Below are positions 34,502 to 42,456 of a stretch of DNA of 56,980 nt, one piece after another (position 1 is the first letter of the stretch; every line of letters starts with the position of its first letter). The translations under genes were made by a program, and so were the position numbers. The notes beneath the pieces were generated by a model, which was given only the letters and a program-made list of their open reading frames with translations, had not been told where the DNA came from and did no database searches. Origin of the DNA: a virus (taxonomy: Duplodnaviria; Caudoviricetes); IMG/VR virus record IMGVR_UViG_3300028024_000012, positions 1-56,980 of that record; one strand, written 5' to 3'.

Positions 34502-35239
34502 ATGATCGACCTGCAGATCGGCGGACCTCACTTTGGCGCATGGCAATGGGCTTACGACTTTCAAACACTGATCACGGGCCTTTTTGCCCTCGTAGCCGGA
34601 ATTTCGGCCTTCGTCTCGTCGCTCATCATGGCGAAAGCCGCGGAGACAGCGGCCAATAAACAAGCCGCTGCGGTACTTACTCAGGTGGAAGTAGATCGCA
34701 TCGCGCGGGATGCAGATATCGAACGAACAGACGTAGAGAAGCGTAACAGGGATACGGCACGCGTGGCCGCTGCGTCGTTGCTGTTGGAGATACCAACGCG
34801 AGCAAGCGCAGGGGCAGTTTGGTATGTTATCGAATCCTACGAGTTGCTGATTGACGCCTCCGCTACTGGAGAGGTGGCAGACAGCAAAGCACTCGTAACC
34901 TCGCAGGTGCGCGACATGGATCAGAGTATTGTCGCTTTGGACGAGGCGCTTGCCTGGGCACGAGCAATTCTGGTTGACCTCCCACCTCAGCATCAACGTG
35001 GTCTCGCAACGCAGATGTGGCACATTCATAGGATATGTGGAGATGTCAAACTCAATCGAAACGCTATCTGTGACAGCCTCGCCAATCATGCGCTTATTGA
35101 CGCAGCCAACATCTCGCTGATGAAAGCTCGCCATCAGCGATTGGTAACCTGTGCCGATATTCTGCTCGCCGCTTCCGTTGATGGGTCTTTTGACAACGCG
35201 GCGGCCCGTTTCCATTTCGGGGTACAATTGCTCCAATAG
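34502..35239 (+). CDS. Hypothetical protein with N-terminal TM helix, co-transcribed with hicAB
   Basis: 3 bp after hicB; YDFQTLITGLFAL TM segment; lower GC. Confidence 0.75.
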   Translation: MIDLQIGGPHFGAWQWAYDFQTLITGLFALVAGISAFVSSLIMAKAAETAANKQAAAVLTQVEVDRIARDADIERTDVEKRNRDTARVAAASLLLEIPTRASAGAVWYVIESYELLIDASATGEVADSKALVTSQVRDMDQSIVALDEALAWARAILVDLPPQHQRGLATQMWHIHRICGDVKLNRNAICDSLANHALIDAANISLMKARHQRLVTCADILLAASVDGSFDNAAARFHFGVQLLQ

Positions 35240-35253
35240 CGACGGCCTAGCCA

Positions 35254-36621
35254 TTACGCTACCTCGAGAGAGTTGAAGCCCGACAGCAACGAGCCCTGAC
35301 GCAATGCTGGCTCGATCCGGTTGCGTGCGATATTGACGGAATCCGGATTGAGTTCGATCAACACAGCGCTGCGGTTAAGTTCCGCAGCGACTAGGCCCGT
35401 GGTTCCAGCGCCACCGAACGGATCGAGCACGATTGCAGGCACAGGCGATTGCCTCGAGCAGGAACAGCTAGGTTCCCACGCCACCGTCTGATGCGAGACC
35501 GAGCCGCGTTGCGAGCCTTTCCAACGGCAGGTCTCATCATGCTGATCTTCACGCCGGACGGCGGACTCAATCGAGACACCCGGCTGCGGGGTGAACGACT
35601 TCGTGGTGACGCGTCGCCACTGTGCGCCGCAATTCGGGCAGCACCCCTTTTCCGACGTGCCCGCCATGATGCAGGGCCGTACTAATCCTGGAGGGAAGGT
35701 CGCGAAATGGGCTTCCTTGAATGGCTTCGTTGCGATGGTCCAGACATTGCGCAGATTGGCACCGCCGGCCATCTGTTCTTCGACCGGCATCTGATCCCAG
35801 AGGTCATTAAACCCCGCATGACGCCGACCATGGCCGCGCTGCTTCTCCGTCTTGGCGCCTTTCTCCCGCCCGTTCGGATGGAATGAACCGTGCGCGCCAG
35901 GCTCGGTGTTCCAGCCATCGGGCATCTTATAGGCGCCTCGTCCCTTGGCGTCTGTGCGCACCGCTACCGCGTCATAGAAATAGCGCTCGCTCTTCGTGAA
36001 GAGGAACATCTTTTCATGCGACGTTGCGGGCCGATCACTGATGGATTCCGGCATCGGGTTTGGCTTATGCCAGATTACCTCCGATCTGACCCACCAACCG
36101 AAGTCCTGCATCGCGATCGCGAAGCGGTTCGGCACCATGCAGAGGTCTTTCGGCTTCAGCGTGCCGCCGGCGACGACACGTCCTCCATGGGCGCCTGCGA
36201 GATTGCCGCCATTACCACTGGTGCCGACGCGCGAGGTCTTTTCATAGTCGGGCACGTAGATCGGCCCCACCGTCGAAAACGGCTTATCTCGGAACGTGCG
36301 GTCATCGGTCTTCAGGCGCTTGACCTCATCGGCCCGGCGGCCATTGGGCGAGGTCGCATAGCAATCGCCGTAGTTCACCCAACAGGTGCCATCCGGCCGC
36401 AGAACACGCCAGACCTCGGCAAAGACCTCATTGACCATGACGTCGAGATGTTCGCCCAGGGTCGGCTCACAGCCGATTTCCTTGGCCTTGTCCGGGTGAC
36501 CGTCAGGCAGGTAAGAGCGCAGGCCCCAATAGGGCGGTGAGGTCACCGCGCAATGTACCGAATTGTCCGGCAACTCGCGGAGCTTCTCGCGGACCTCGCC
36601 GAGGAGGATGCGGATCGTCAT
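35254..36621 (-). CDS. DNA methyltransferase, N4-C/N6-A beta class
   Basis: VTSPPY, WHKPNPMPES, HFATFP, LDPFGGAGTTG. Confidence 0.93.
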   Translation of the reverse strand: MTIRILLGEVREKLRELPDNSVHCAVTSPPYWGLRSYLPDGHPDKAKEIGCEPTLGEHLDVMVNEVFAEVWRVLRPDGTCWVNYGDCYATSPNGRRADEVKRLKTDDRTFRDKPFSTVGPIYVPDYEKTSRVGTSGNGGNLAGAHGGRVVAGGTLKPKDLCMVPNRFAIAMQDFGWWVRSEVIWHKPNPMPESISDRPATSHEKMFLFTKSERYFYDAVAVRTDAKGRGAYKMPDGWNTEPGAHGSFHPNGREKGAKTEKQRGHGRRHAGFNDLWDQMPVEEQMAGGANLRNVWTIATKPFKEAHFATFPPGLVRPCIMAGTSEKGCCPNCGAQWRRVTTKSFTPQPGVSIESAVRREDQHDETCRWKGSQRGSVSHQTVAWEPSCSCSRQSPVPAIVLDPFGGAGTTGLVAAELNRSAVLIELNPDSVNIARNRIEPALRQGSLLSGFNSLEVA

Positions 36622-36794
36622 CGCGCACCCGCGCCAGGCGCCAGCAACGCCTTCACTTCGGCCTCGGTCAGACACATGGCAGTTGCGACTTCGGCGATAG
36701 ACGATCCGCGTCGCTTCAGCGACCGTGCCATCTTCATCCTGATCGGCATCAGGATGTCGTCTGGTTTCGGCATGTCGCCTAGCTTGCCGCGCAT
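36618..36794 (-). CDS. Small HTH-like hypothetical protein
   Basis: RRGSSIAEVATAM.LT..EV; overlaps neighbours (TGATG/ATGA). Confidence 0.55.
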   Translation of the reverse strand: MRGKLGDMPKPDDILMPIRMKMARSLKRRGSSIAEVATAMCLTEAEVKALLAPGAGAR

Positions 36795-36985
36795 CACAGC
36801 AGACTCCCCTGTCGCGCCGTCTTCGCTGCATCCGAGGAGGCCAGCCGCTCCTCCCGTGCCTTCTGCACCTCGGCACGGTGCTCCGAGCAGGCCCAGATCA
36901 CCGGCCCCGGCGGCAGGCCGAAGCCGTAACAGGCGAGCCCGGTGCATGCTTCGCGGACGCATTGATGGACCTCAGGATCGCTCAT
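36794..36985 (-). CDS. Small Cys/His protein
   Basis: HQC...C...ACYGFG...WAC.EH; coupled overlaps. Confidence 0.6.
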   Translation of the reverse strand: MSDPEVHQCVREACTGLACYGFGLPPGPVIWACSEHRAEVQKAREERLASSDAAKTARQGSLL

Positions 36986-37227
36986 GCCGCTTGATCCGTC
37001 CGTCTTGACCTCGCGGGCGCGTGATCCTGGACCTTGACGCCAAGGCGATGCAGCTTCAGCCGCACAGCGCTATGCGTGCGCACCAGCTTGTCGGCAATCC
37101 ACTTCGTCTGATAACCCGCCCTGCGCAGCCGGATCAGTTCGGCTATTTCCACCTCGGTCCAATCGACACCGCAGCCGCGCGCATGGGTCGGTGCCGTCAC
37201 GGTTTCACGGGAAACTGTTTCACTCAT
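36982..37227 (-). CDS. GcrA N-terminal-like HTH protein
   Basis: WTEVEIAELIRLRRAG....IA..L.RT.SAV..KLHRLG. Confidence 0.65.
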   Translation of the reverse strand: MSETVSRETVTAPTHARGCGVDWTEVEIAELIRLRRAGYQTKWIADKLVRTHSAVRLKLHRLGVKVQDHAPARSRRTDQAA

Positions 37228-37493
37228 CCCCGGCTCCCTGCCCTGGGTTTCTCGACCAGGCCGCGCCGGTCGTCATTGGTGATGCTGCGCGCCACGGCCT
37301 GAGACAGGTCGCTCAACAGCTCCAGCGCGCGGCGATTGGTGATCGGCACCACGACGGACTTCCCCTCCGCCATCGAGACGATCTCGATCGGTGCGCCCGG
37401 TTCCTCATGACGGATACAGGCGCCGCGTGGCATCTGCATCGATGCCGGCGCCGCGTTGCGGTGCCGAGGCGGGCCATCCGATTTGCGCTGCAT
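37224..37493 (-). CDS. Hypothetical protein (89 aa)
   Basis: GGGGA RBS, ATGA overlap downstream. Confidence 0.55.
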   Translation of the reverse strand: MQRKSDGPPRHRNAAPASMQMPRGACIRHEEPGAPIEIVSMAEGKSVVVPITNRRALELLSDLSQAVARSITNDDRRGLVEKPRAGSRG

Positions 37494-37533
37494 TGATATC
37501 CCCCATGCGAAACGGCCGATGGCCGGATTAAGT

Positions 37534-37642
37534 CAGAGCGGGCCGGGCTTGATACCGGCTGGGGTGCTCGTGCTCTTAACAACCGAGCTTCCCGATCTCA
37601 TGGAGATTGACGGTTAGCGTGTCCTTCCACGCCGCCGCTCTG
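37534..37642 (-). ncRNA. tRNA-like cloverleaf RNA with non-canonical central arm
   Basis: CAGAGCGG/CCGCTCTG closing stem, GCGTG-GAAGGA-CACGC D-like arm, GCCGG-TATCAAGC-CCGGC T-like arm. Confidence 0.6.
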
Positions 37643-37961
37643 GTGGATGACCTCACGCTGCCGGATGGCGTCTGGCAGCCGATGGAGATGAGGTCATCCG
37701 CCGGAAAGGCGGGCGTTGGGCGGCGGTCTTCAGGGCGGCGCACTGATCCGCCCTTACTAGTTCCGCCGCCCACCAATCCCGATCGATTGGCTGCTCCGAT
37801 TCCGGGAAAACCGGCTTCACTGCTCGGAACACACAGCGGACGCATCACCGCGGATGGTCACGCCAGGGTCGCAGCTCCGTCGCTATCTTCACCGGGCCAA
37901 TGTTGCCGCGCCCGGTTGCCTTCACGACATCAGCGCCGCTTCCCCGCTCAGGGTTCGCTAT

Positions 37962-38450
37962 TCACTTCGTCTCCTCGCGCATCATGGTGCGACACACGGC
38001 GATGACATGGCCGAGCGCGCCGATGACCGGCATCGCTTTTCCGTGGATGCGCGCCGCTTCGCGCGGCTGGATGCCGCCGTCTTCCATCGCCTTGGCGAAT
38101 TGCTCGAACAGCTTGGCGGCGGCGGCGCCCACCTTGGCCATATGGATCGGCAGCGACTTGCCGTTGGTGGCGTGCATCGGCACCAGGGCAAAGCCCGATT
38201 CCGCCGCCAGGAACTCGGTGACGATCGGCTGGCCGCAGGCCATTTCCAGCGTGCGGATCTGCGACGGGCGCATTTCCGTGTCGGACATCGGGTCGGTGTA
38301 ACGCTGCGCCTGGGACTGGCTGAGGCCGAGCAGGTCAGCGACGCGGGTCGTGCCGCCGCAGGCATAGACCAGCCGCGCGATTGCCTCTTTCAGCGTCCCT
38401 TCCGGACGCGGCTTGTTCAGTTTCTGACGCGGTCTGCCGGGGAGTGTCAT
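37962..38450 (-). CDS. CII-like phage regulatory protein
   Basis: LKEA..RLV.ACGG...A.LLG, LE..CG.PIVT..LA; follows cro. Confidence 0.7.
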   Translation of the reverse strand: MTLPGRPRQKLNKPRPEGTLKEAIARLVYACGGTTRVADLLGLSQSQAQRYTDPMSDTEMRPSQIRTLEMACGQPIVTEFLAAESGFALVPMHATNGKSLPIHMAKVGAAAAKLFEQFAKAMEDGGIQPREAARIHGKAMPVIGALGHVIAVCRTMMREETK

Positions 38451-38514
38451 GCCGTCACCTCTTTTGTGACGGCACTGACAAGCGATGCAATGCGGGAGCG
38501 ACAACGGGTAACCA

Positions 38515-38859
38515 CTAGTCAGTTACCCCTCGAAAAGCGCGGATCTCTGGCGCAAGTAAGGTGTTGTTAACTTTCACGGATGCCGCGCTGTGAGCATCGT
38601 TGTCATTCACCGCGACGAGGTCGGCAGCATCGAAGAAGTCGGCCGGCTCAAGCGGAACACCAACAGCGCGAGCGTTGCGCATGATGATGCCCTGATACTG
38701 CGTCGGCACGCGGCCACCCGTGCCGCGGCGATCCACAGGGTAGGTCCAGCGGTAAACCGTCGCCGGGCGCAGGTTGCACCACGAGCAGATAGCCAGGAGA
38801 CCCGCTCGAAAGCCCCCATCGGCGCCACACTTGGAGATGACATGTTCGGCAACGTTCAT
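38515..38859 (-). CDS. cro: Cro-like repressor
   Basis: TVYRWTYP...GTGG.VP...L.PADFF; divergent from cI. Confidence 0.75.
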   Translation of the reverse strand: MNVAEHVISKCGADGGFRAGLLAICSWCNLRPATVYRWTYPVDRRGTGGRVPTQYQGIIMRNARAVGVPLEPADFFDAADLVAVNDNDAHSAASVKVNNTLLAPEIRAFRGVTD

Positions 38860-38870
38860 AACGCCAACTA

Positions 38871-38963
38871 TTACGACAATCGTAACATCGTCGCAAGGCA
38901 GAATATTACGAAAGTCGTAGATGTGCGGCCGCGATCTTCAGACCATAATTACGAGATGCGTAA
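38871..38963. promoter_or_regulatory. Three 15-bp operators TTACGA-N3-TCGTAA (OR-like)
   Basis: 38871..38885, 38906..38920, 38949..38963. Confidence 0.85.
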
Positions 38964-39666
38964 TAAGTGGCTGAAAGATCGACTAAAAGAACTCAGGAAA
39001 ACTCAATCCGCGCTGGCGACGCAGATGGGTTTGCCCACGCCGCGCATTTCCGAGATCATTGCCGGCGATCGGCGCATCGCGTCACACGAGGTGCCGGTTA
39101 TCGCCGCCTTCCTGGAATGGCCGGAATCGCTGGTGCTGCAGAACATCACGGAAGTGGCCGGGGGTGCCTTCACGCCAAATGCGGAAGCTACCGACATGCA
39201 GATGCTGGCCGTCACGGTCGTCGGCGAAGTCGCAGCGGGTGTTTTCCGCGAATCGCTTGAATTGCCGCCGGAGGACCAGTTCCAGATTTATGCGTTGCTC
39301 GACCCCAGGTTTCGAGGCATGCCCCATTTCGGTTTGCGGGTGAGAGGCCCGTCCATGAATCAGCTGTATCCCGAGGGCAGTTTCGTCGTCTGCGTGCCGC
39401 TGATCCACCTTGGTGAGGGTTTCATGCCGAAAAGCGGCAACCGGGTGGTTGTCGAGCGGCGCAACAAGCTCGGCGAAGTGGAAGCCACCATCAAGGAGAT
39501 GGTCTACGACAAGGACGGCCAGCCCTGGCTATGGCCGCGATCGGATCACCCCGAGTTCCAGACGCCCTGGCCGCTGCCCACCGGCAATAACGGGCACGGC
39601 CTGGATGATCACGAAGATATCCGGATCTCCGCTTTGGTCGTCTTCAGCGTCCGCCCGGAGGTCTGA
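38956..39666 (+). CDS. cI: CI repressor (XRE HTH + S24 autopeptidase)
   Basis: TQSALATQMG...RISEII.G; VAAG cleavage site; GPSMN Ser; TIKE Lys. Confidence 0.9.
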   Translation: MRNKWLKDRLKELRKTQSALATQMGLPTPRISEIIAGDRRIASHEVPVIAAFLEWPESLVLQNITEVAGGAFTPNAEATDMQMLAVTVVGEVAAGVFRESLELPPEDQFQIYALLDPRFRGMPHFGLRVRGPSMNQLYPEGSFVVCVPLIHLGEGFMPKSGNRVVVERRNKLGEVEATIKEMVYDKDGQPWLWPRSDHPEFQTPWPLPTGNNGHGLDDHEDIRISALVVFSVRPEV

Positions 39667-39693
39667 GGCCGAGATCCCCGGCCGGTTCCGGCG

Positions 39694-40452
39694 TTAGCTG
39701 CCGGAGGGCCTCAGCTTGGAAAACCGCAGGATATAAGCCGGTTCCGTCATCGAACCGTCCAGCGTCACGCTGGATTCATAGGCGCAATCAGCCTCGCTCC
39801 TGAAGAGATTGCCCGAGAAGACGACCGTATCGCCTTCCTTCATTTGCACCGCGCGCTGATAGACTTCCGAGGCCGGATCGATCAGCGTTTTGTATTCCGC
39901 GTCTGAAAATTCGTTGTTCAGCGTCGAGATCGACGCATGCTCGGCAATGGAAATTACCAGCACGCCTTTGCCGTCCGTATTCGACGAGAGCTTGGCGATC
40001 TGACCGACCCAGTCTTTGACGACGCCCTTGCCTGACTTCAAGGCCGCGCAGACGGCGCCCTTGCGCCCTACCCTCGCCGCACCCTTCGCCATGTCATTTG
40101 CCGCGCCGCCATATACTGCCCTGGCATCGTTGATGGCAGCGATGAAGGCCGCCTCATCCGCCGGCAGCGGCGGCAATGCCACTGCCGCGGTCGCCGACTG
40201 GATGGCTTGCGGCGCCTGGCTGGCAGATCCGGCCGCCAGATGCGCCTTGTCGCCCTTCGGGGCAGTGATGCCGACAGCGATGCCGACGGCGACGAAGACC
40301 AGCAAATAGAACCCGAAGGCTTTGGCGCGGCTGGGCGACTTCATCCAGGAGGCCACCCAACGGGGCTGGATCAGCGCCAGGATCATTGCGACCAGCGCGA
40401 AAAGCGAGACGAAGCCCAAAACCGTCGCAAGAGCCTGCATAGCTACCCCCAT
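39694..40452 (-). CDS. Membrane-anchored periplasmic protein (2 TM + OB-like domain), immunity-region moron
   Basis: Two N-terminal TM helices, soluble C-terminal domain. Confidence 0.75.
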   Translation of the reverse strand: MGVAMQALATVLGFVSLFALVAMILALIQPRWVASWMKSPSRAKAFGFYLLVFVAVGIAVGITAPKGDKAHLAAGSASQAPQAIQSATAAVALPPLPADEAAFIAAINDARAVYGGAANDMAKGAARVGRKGAVCAALKSGKGVVKDWVGQIAKLSSNTDGKGVLVISIAEHASISTLNNEFSDAEYKTLIDPASEVYQRAVQMKEGDTVVFSGNLFRSEADCAYESSVTLDGSMTEPAYILRFSKLRPSGS

Positions 40453-40562
40453 AGATTGCAGATTAAGCCCCGAATCTATCGGAATGGCACCCAGACGGCA
40501 ATGTCAGGTTGTCGAAATTTTCATCAGGATTTCAATCCGATCCGTAATTTTGTGCCGAATAA

Positions 40563-40616
40563 TTACGAAAGTCGTAACTTTTCGTTTGACGCTGAAGTTA
40601 CGATTATCGTATCAAT
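40563..40616 (+). promoter_or_regulatory. Early promoter (pL-like) with two operators
   Basis: TTACGAAAGTCGTAA 40563, TTACGATTATCGTAT 40598, TTGACG 40586. Confidence 0.82.
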
Positions 40617-40702
40617 TGCTCATCCCGGACGGTTAAGCCCCTGACACGCCGGCCGGGATCGCCTTCTCAGTCATGAGGCGTTTCCTCCCAGGAAGCACTT
40701 TA

Positions 40703-40756
40703 CCGGGCGGGGTTCGGTATCAACCCAAGGGACAGCGATCCCCGCCCGGCCTTTCT
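40703..40756 (+). terminator. Leader hairpin/terminator after pL-like promoter
   Basis: ccgggcgggg...ccccgcccgg followed by cctttct. Confidence 0.5.
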
Positions 40757-40786
40757 GGGACCCGTTGCAACCGAGCGGAGCCAGAT

Positions 40787-41092
40787 ATGTCGCGCAGCAA
40801 CCTGACCTCGAATTTCCCCAAACCCTCGCCGCCGCTTTACGCCACACCCATCGACCGCAAGCGGGCCATCGCGCCGCAAATGGCCAAAGCCATCGTCGCG
40901 ATCGCCATGGAGCGCGGCAGCTGCAGCACCCGGCAATTGATCGGCCTGGGCTTCACCCCCTTCGAAGTCGCCCGCTGGGGCGGCACGGCCCGCACGCAGG
41001 CGGTCGCGTTGCGCCCCGACCTCGCCCATGACGGCGATCGCGCGCATGCCGCCAACGACCACACGGCCAAGTCGGCCGGGTGCGTGGCGTGA
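40787..41092 (+). CDS. Hypothetical early protein
   Basis: GGAG RBS before MSRSNL. Confidence 0.6.
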   Translation: MSRSNLTSNFPKPSPPLYATPIDRKRAIAPQMAKAIVAIAMERGSCSTRQLIGLGFTPFEVARWGGTARTQAVALRPDLAHDGDRAHAANDHTAKSAGCVA

Positions 41093-41250
41093 TGGATACC
41101 TGCGCCGGCTGCGGCTGTGACATGGCCCATCAAATCGGCAGACCGCTCATGCGCGGCCGCACGCCTATCGTGACCTCTTCGCTCCCTACAATCGCGGCGG
41201 AGCTGGCGCCAAGGATTATCACCACCGCCTCACCGGCAGCCGTCCCATGA
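41092..41250 (+). CDS. Small hypothetical protein (52 aa, not in ORF track)
   Basis: TGATG overlap upstream, ATGA overlap downstream. Confidence 0.45.
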   Translation: MDTCAGCGCDMAHQIGRPLMRGRTPIVTSSLPTIAAELAPRIITTASPAAVP

Positions 41251-41360
41251 GCCGTTCCAGCTATCCCAAGCCGCGCGACGCCGCCGGCCGGAAGGATTGG
41301 CATGCCGACAACCGCCAGGAACGCAAGCAGCGGTGGTCCGCCATGATGCGCGCCGCCTAG
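41247..41360 (+). CDS. Small basic peptide (37 aa, not in ORF track)
   Basis: ATGA coupled; MSRSSYPKPRDAAGRKDW... Confidence 0.45.
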   Translation: MSRSSYPKPRDAAGRKDWHADNRQERKQRWSAMMRAA

Positions 41361-41403
41361 CGCCGCCTCACCCGTTTCCCAACCGCCACAGAAAGGATCT
41401 GAC

Positions 41404-41673
41404 ATGGCGACCAAGACCAGGCTTAAAGCGTTGAACAGCCGTTCGGCGCGCAAGGCCACAAAGCCGAGGGCACAACAGCCGGAACCCCGGATCATCGTGC
41501 CGCAGCCCACCGATGCGTCCCTCGCCAGCGACCTGCACCGCTGGACCGATGGCTACAACACCGCGCTGCGGGCATGCCTCGACGCCGGATTGCGCGTCAC
41601 CGCCCGGTCGGACGGTGCGGATGCGACGCCCGGTGAAGTCGAGCTGATCAACATCTCGCGCGAATACCTTTGA
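41404..41673 (+). CDS. Hypothetical protein
   Basis: AAGGA RBS. Confidence 0.65.
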   Translation: MATKTRLKALNSRSARKATKPRAQQPEPRIIVPQPTDASLASDLHRWTDGYNTALRACLDAGLRVTARSDGADATPGEVELINISREYL

Positions 41674-41762
41674 GCATTGTCGAGCATATCGGCTTTGGCG
41701 CGGCCCTCTCGGGGCCGCGCTGATGCTGATCTGCCTGCTGCCGCGCATCCTGGAGGTCATTC

Positions 41763-42107
41763 ATGGCTGATTTGTCGACGCGCACCGAACTGCTGCTGGC
41801 CGCATTTTACTATGTGCATGGACGGCCGGACTCGGCCCCCCGCGACAAGGCCCGCTTACAGGCCGCCGTGGATGGTGTCGACGTCGCCGATCTCTCGGGC
41901 CGCTTCGATCTCCAGCTGCTCACCGCCTGCCATCGCGGGCTCATCTGCCTGCCGGTCCAGATCGGCGCGTCGAAAACCGGCATCAACGAAGTGCTGACCC
42001 TGGCCTGCGCCGATCGCGGCGCCGCCGGCAGTGACGATGCCGTGTTGCGCCTGGCCGTCTACCGGCAGCCGGATCTCAGCTGGCAGCAACGCGCGGATCT
42101 GAGGTGA
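41763..42107 (+). CDS. Hypothetical protein
   Basis: GGAGG RBS; C-terminal WQQRADL. Confidence 0.65.
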   Translation: MADLSTRTELLLAAFYYVHGRPDSAPRDKARLQAAVDGVDVADLSGRFDLQLLTACHRGLICLPVQIGASKTGINEVLTLACADRGAAGSDDAVLRLAVYRQPDLSWQQRADLR

Positions 42108-42108
42108 C

Positions 42109-42447
42109 ATGATGAGCGCCGCCGTCATCACCCTGCCCGCTTCCTTCTTCGACCGCCCGGAGCGCTATAACCGCCCGCCTCAGCCGGCGCCGATCATCGA
42201 CCTGCTGGCGACCGGAGACGGCATCCGAGCCGCCCGCGCGACCGGCCAGGACGTGACGCCGCTGATCCCGGCGCAGATCACCGTGCGCATCGGCGATTGG
42301 GTCTATGACGACCGCAGCAAGTTCAGCGGCTTCCTCTGCCGGTACCTCCACCGGGACGGTCATACCAAGGCCGTCATCAATGTCATGGGGCTGGCGATCG
42401 TCGCCCAGCTGCCTGACCTCCGCACCGTTCTTACACCCCATCATTAA
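42109..42447 (+). CDS. Hypothetical protein
   Basis: GAGG RBS, operon continuity. Confidence 0.6.
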   Translation: MMSAAVITLPASFFDRPERYNRPPQPAPIIDLLATGDGIRAARATGQDVTPLIPAQITVRIGDWVYDDRSKFSGFLCRYLHRDGHTKAVINVMGLAIVAQLPDLRTVLTPHH

Positions 42448-42456
42448 GAGGCGTCC

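Noticed and set aside
37576-37848. 90-aa minus-strand ORF after cII
   Set aside because: Composition not protein-like; the region is better explained by RNA structure, though translation is not excluded.
38844-38857. GTTC...GTTC at the cro start as a LexA box
   Set aside because: Spacer is 6 nt, not 7.
38590-38955. N-terminal extension of cI in the ORF track
   Set aside because: Overlaps cro and the operators; the HTH begins at ATG 38956.
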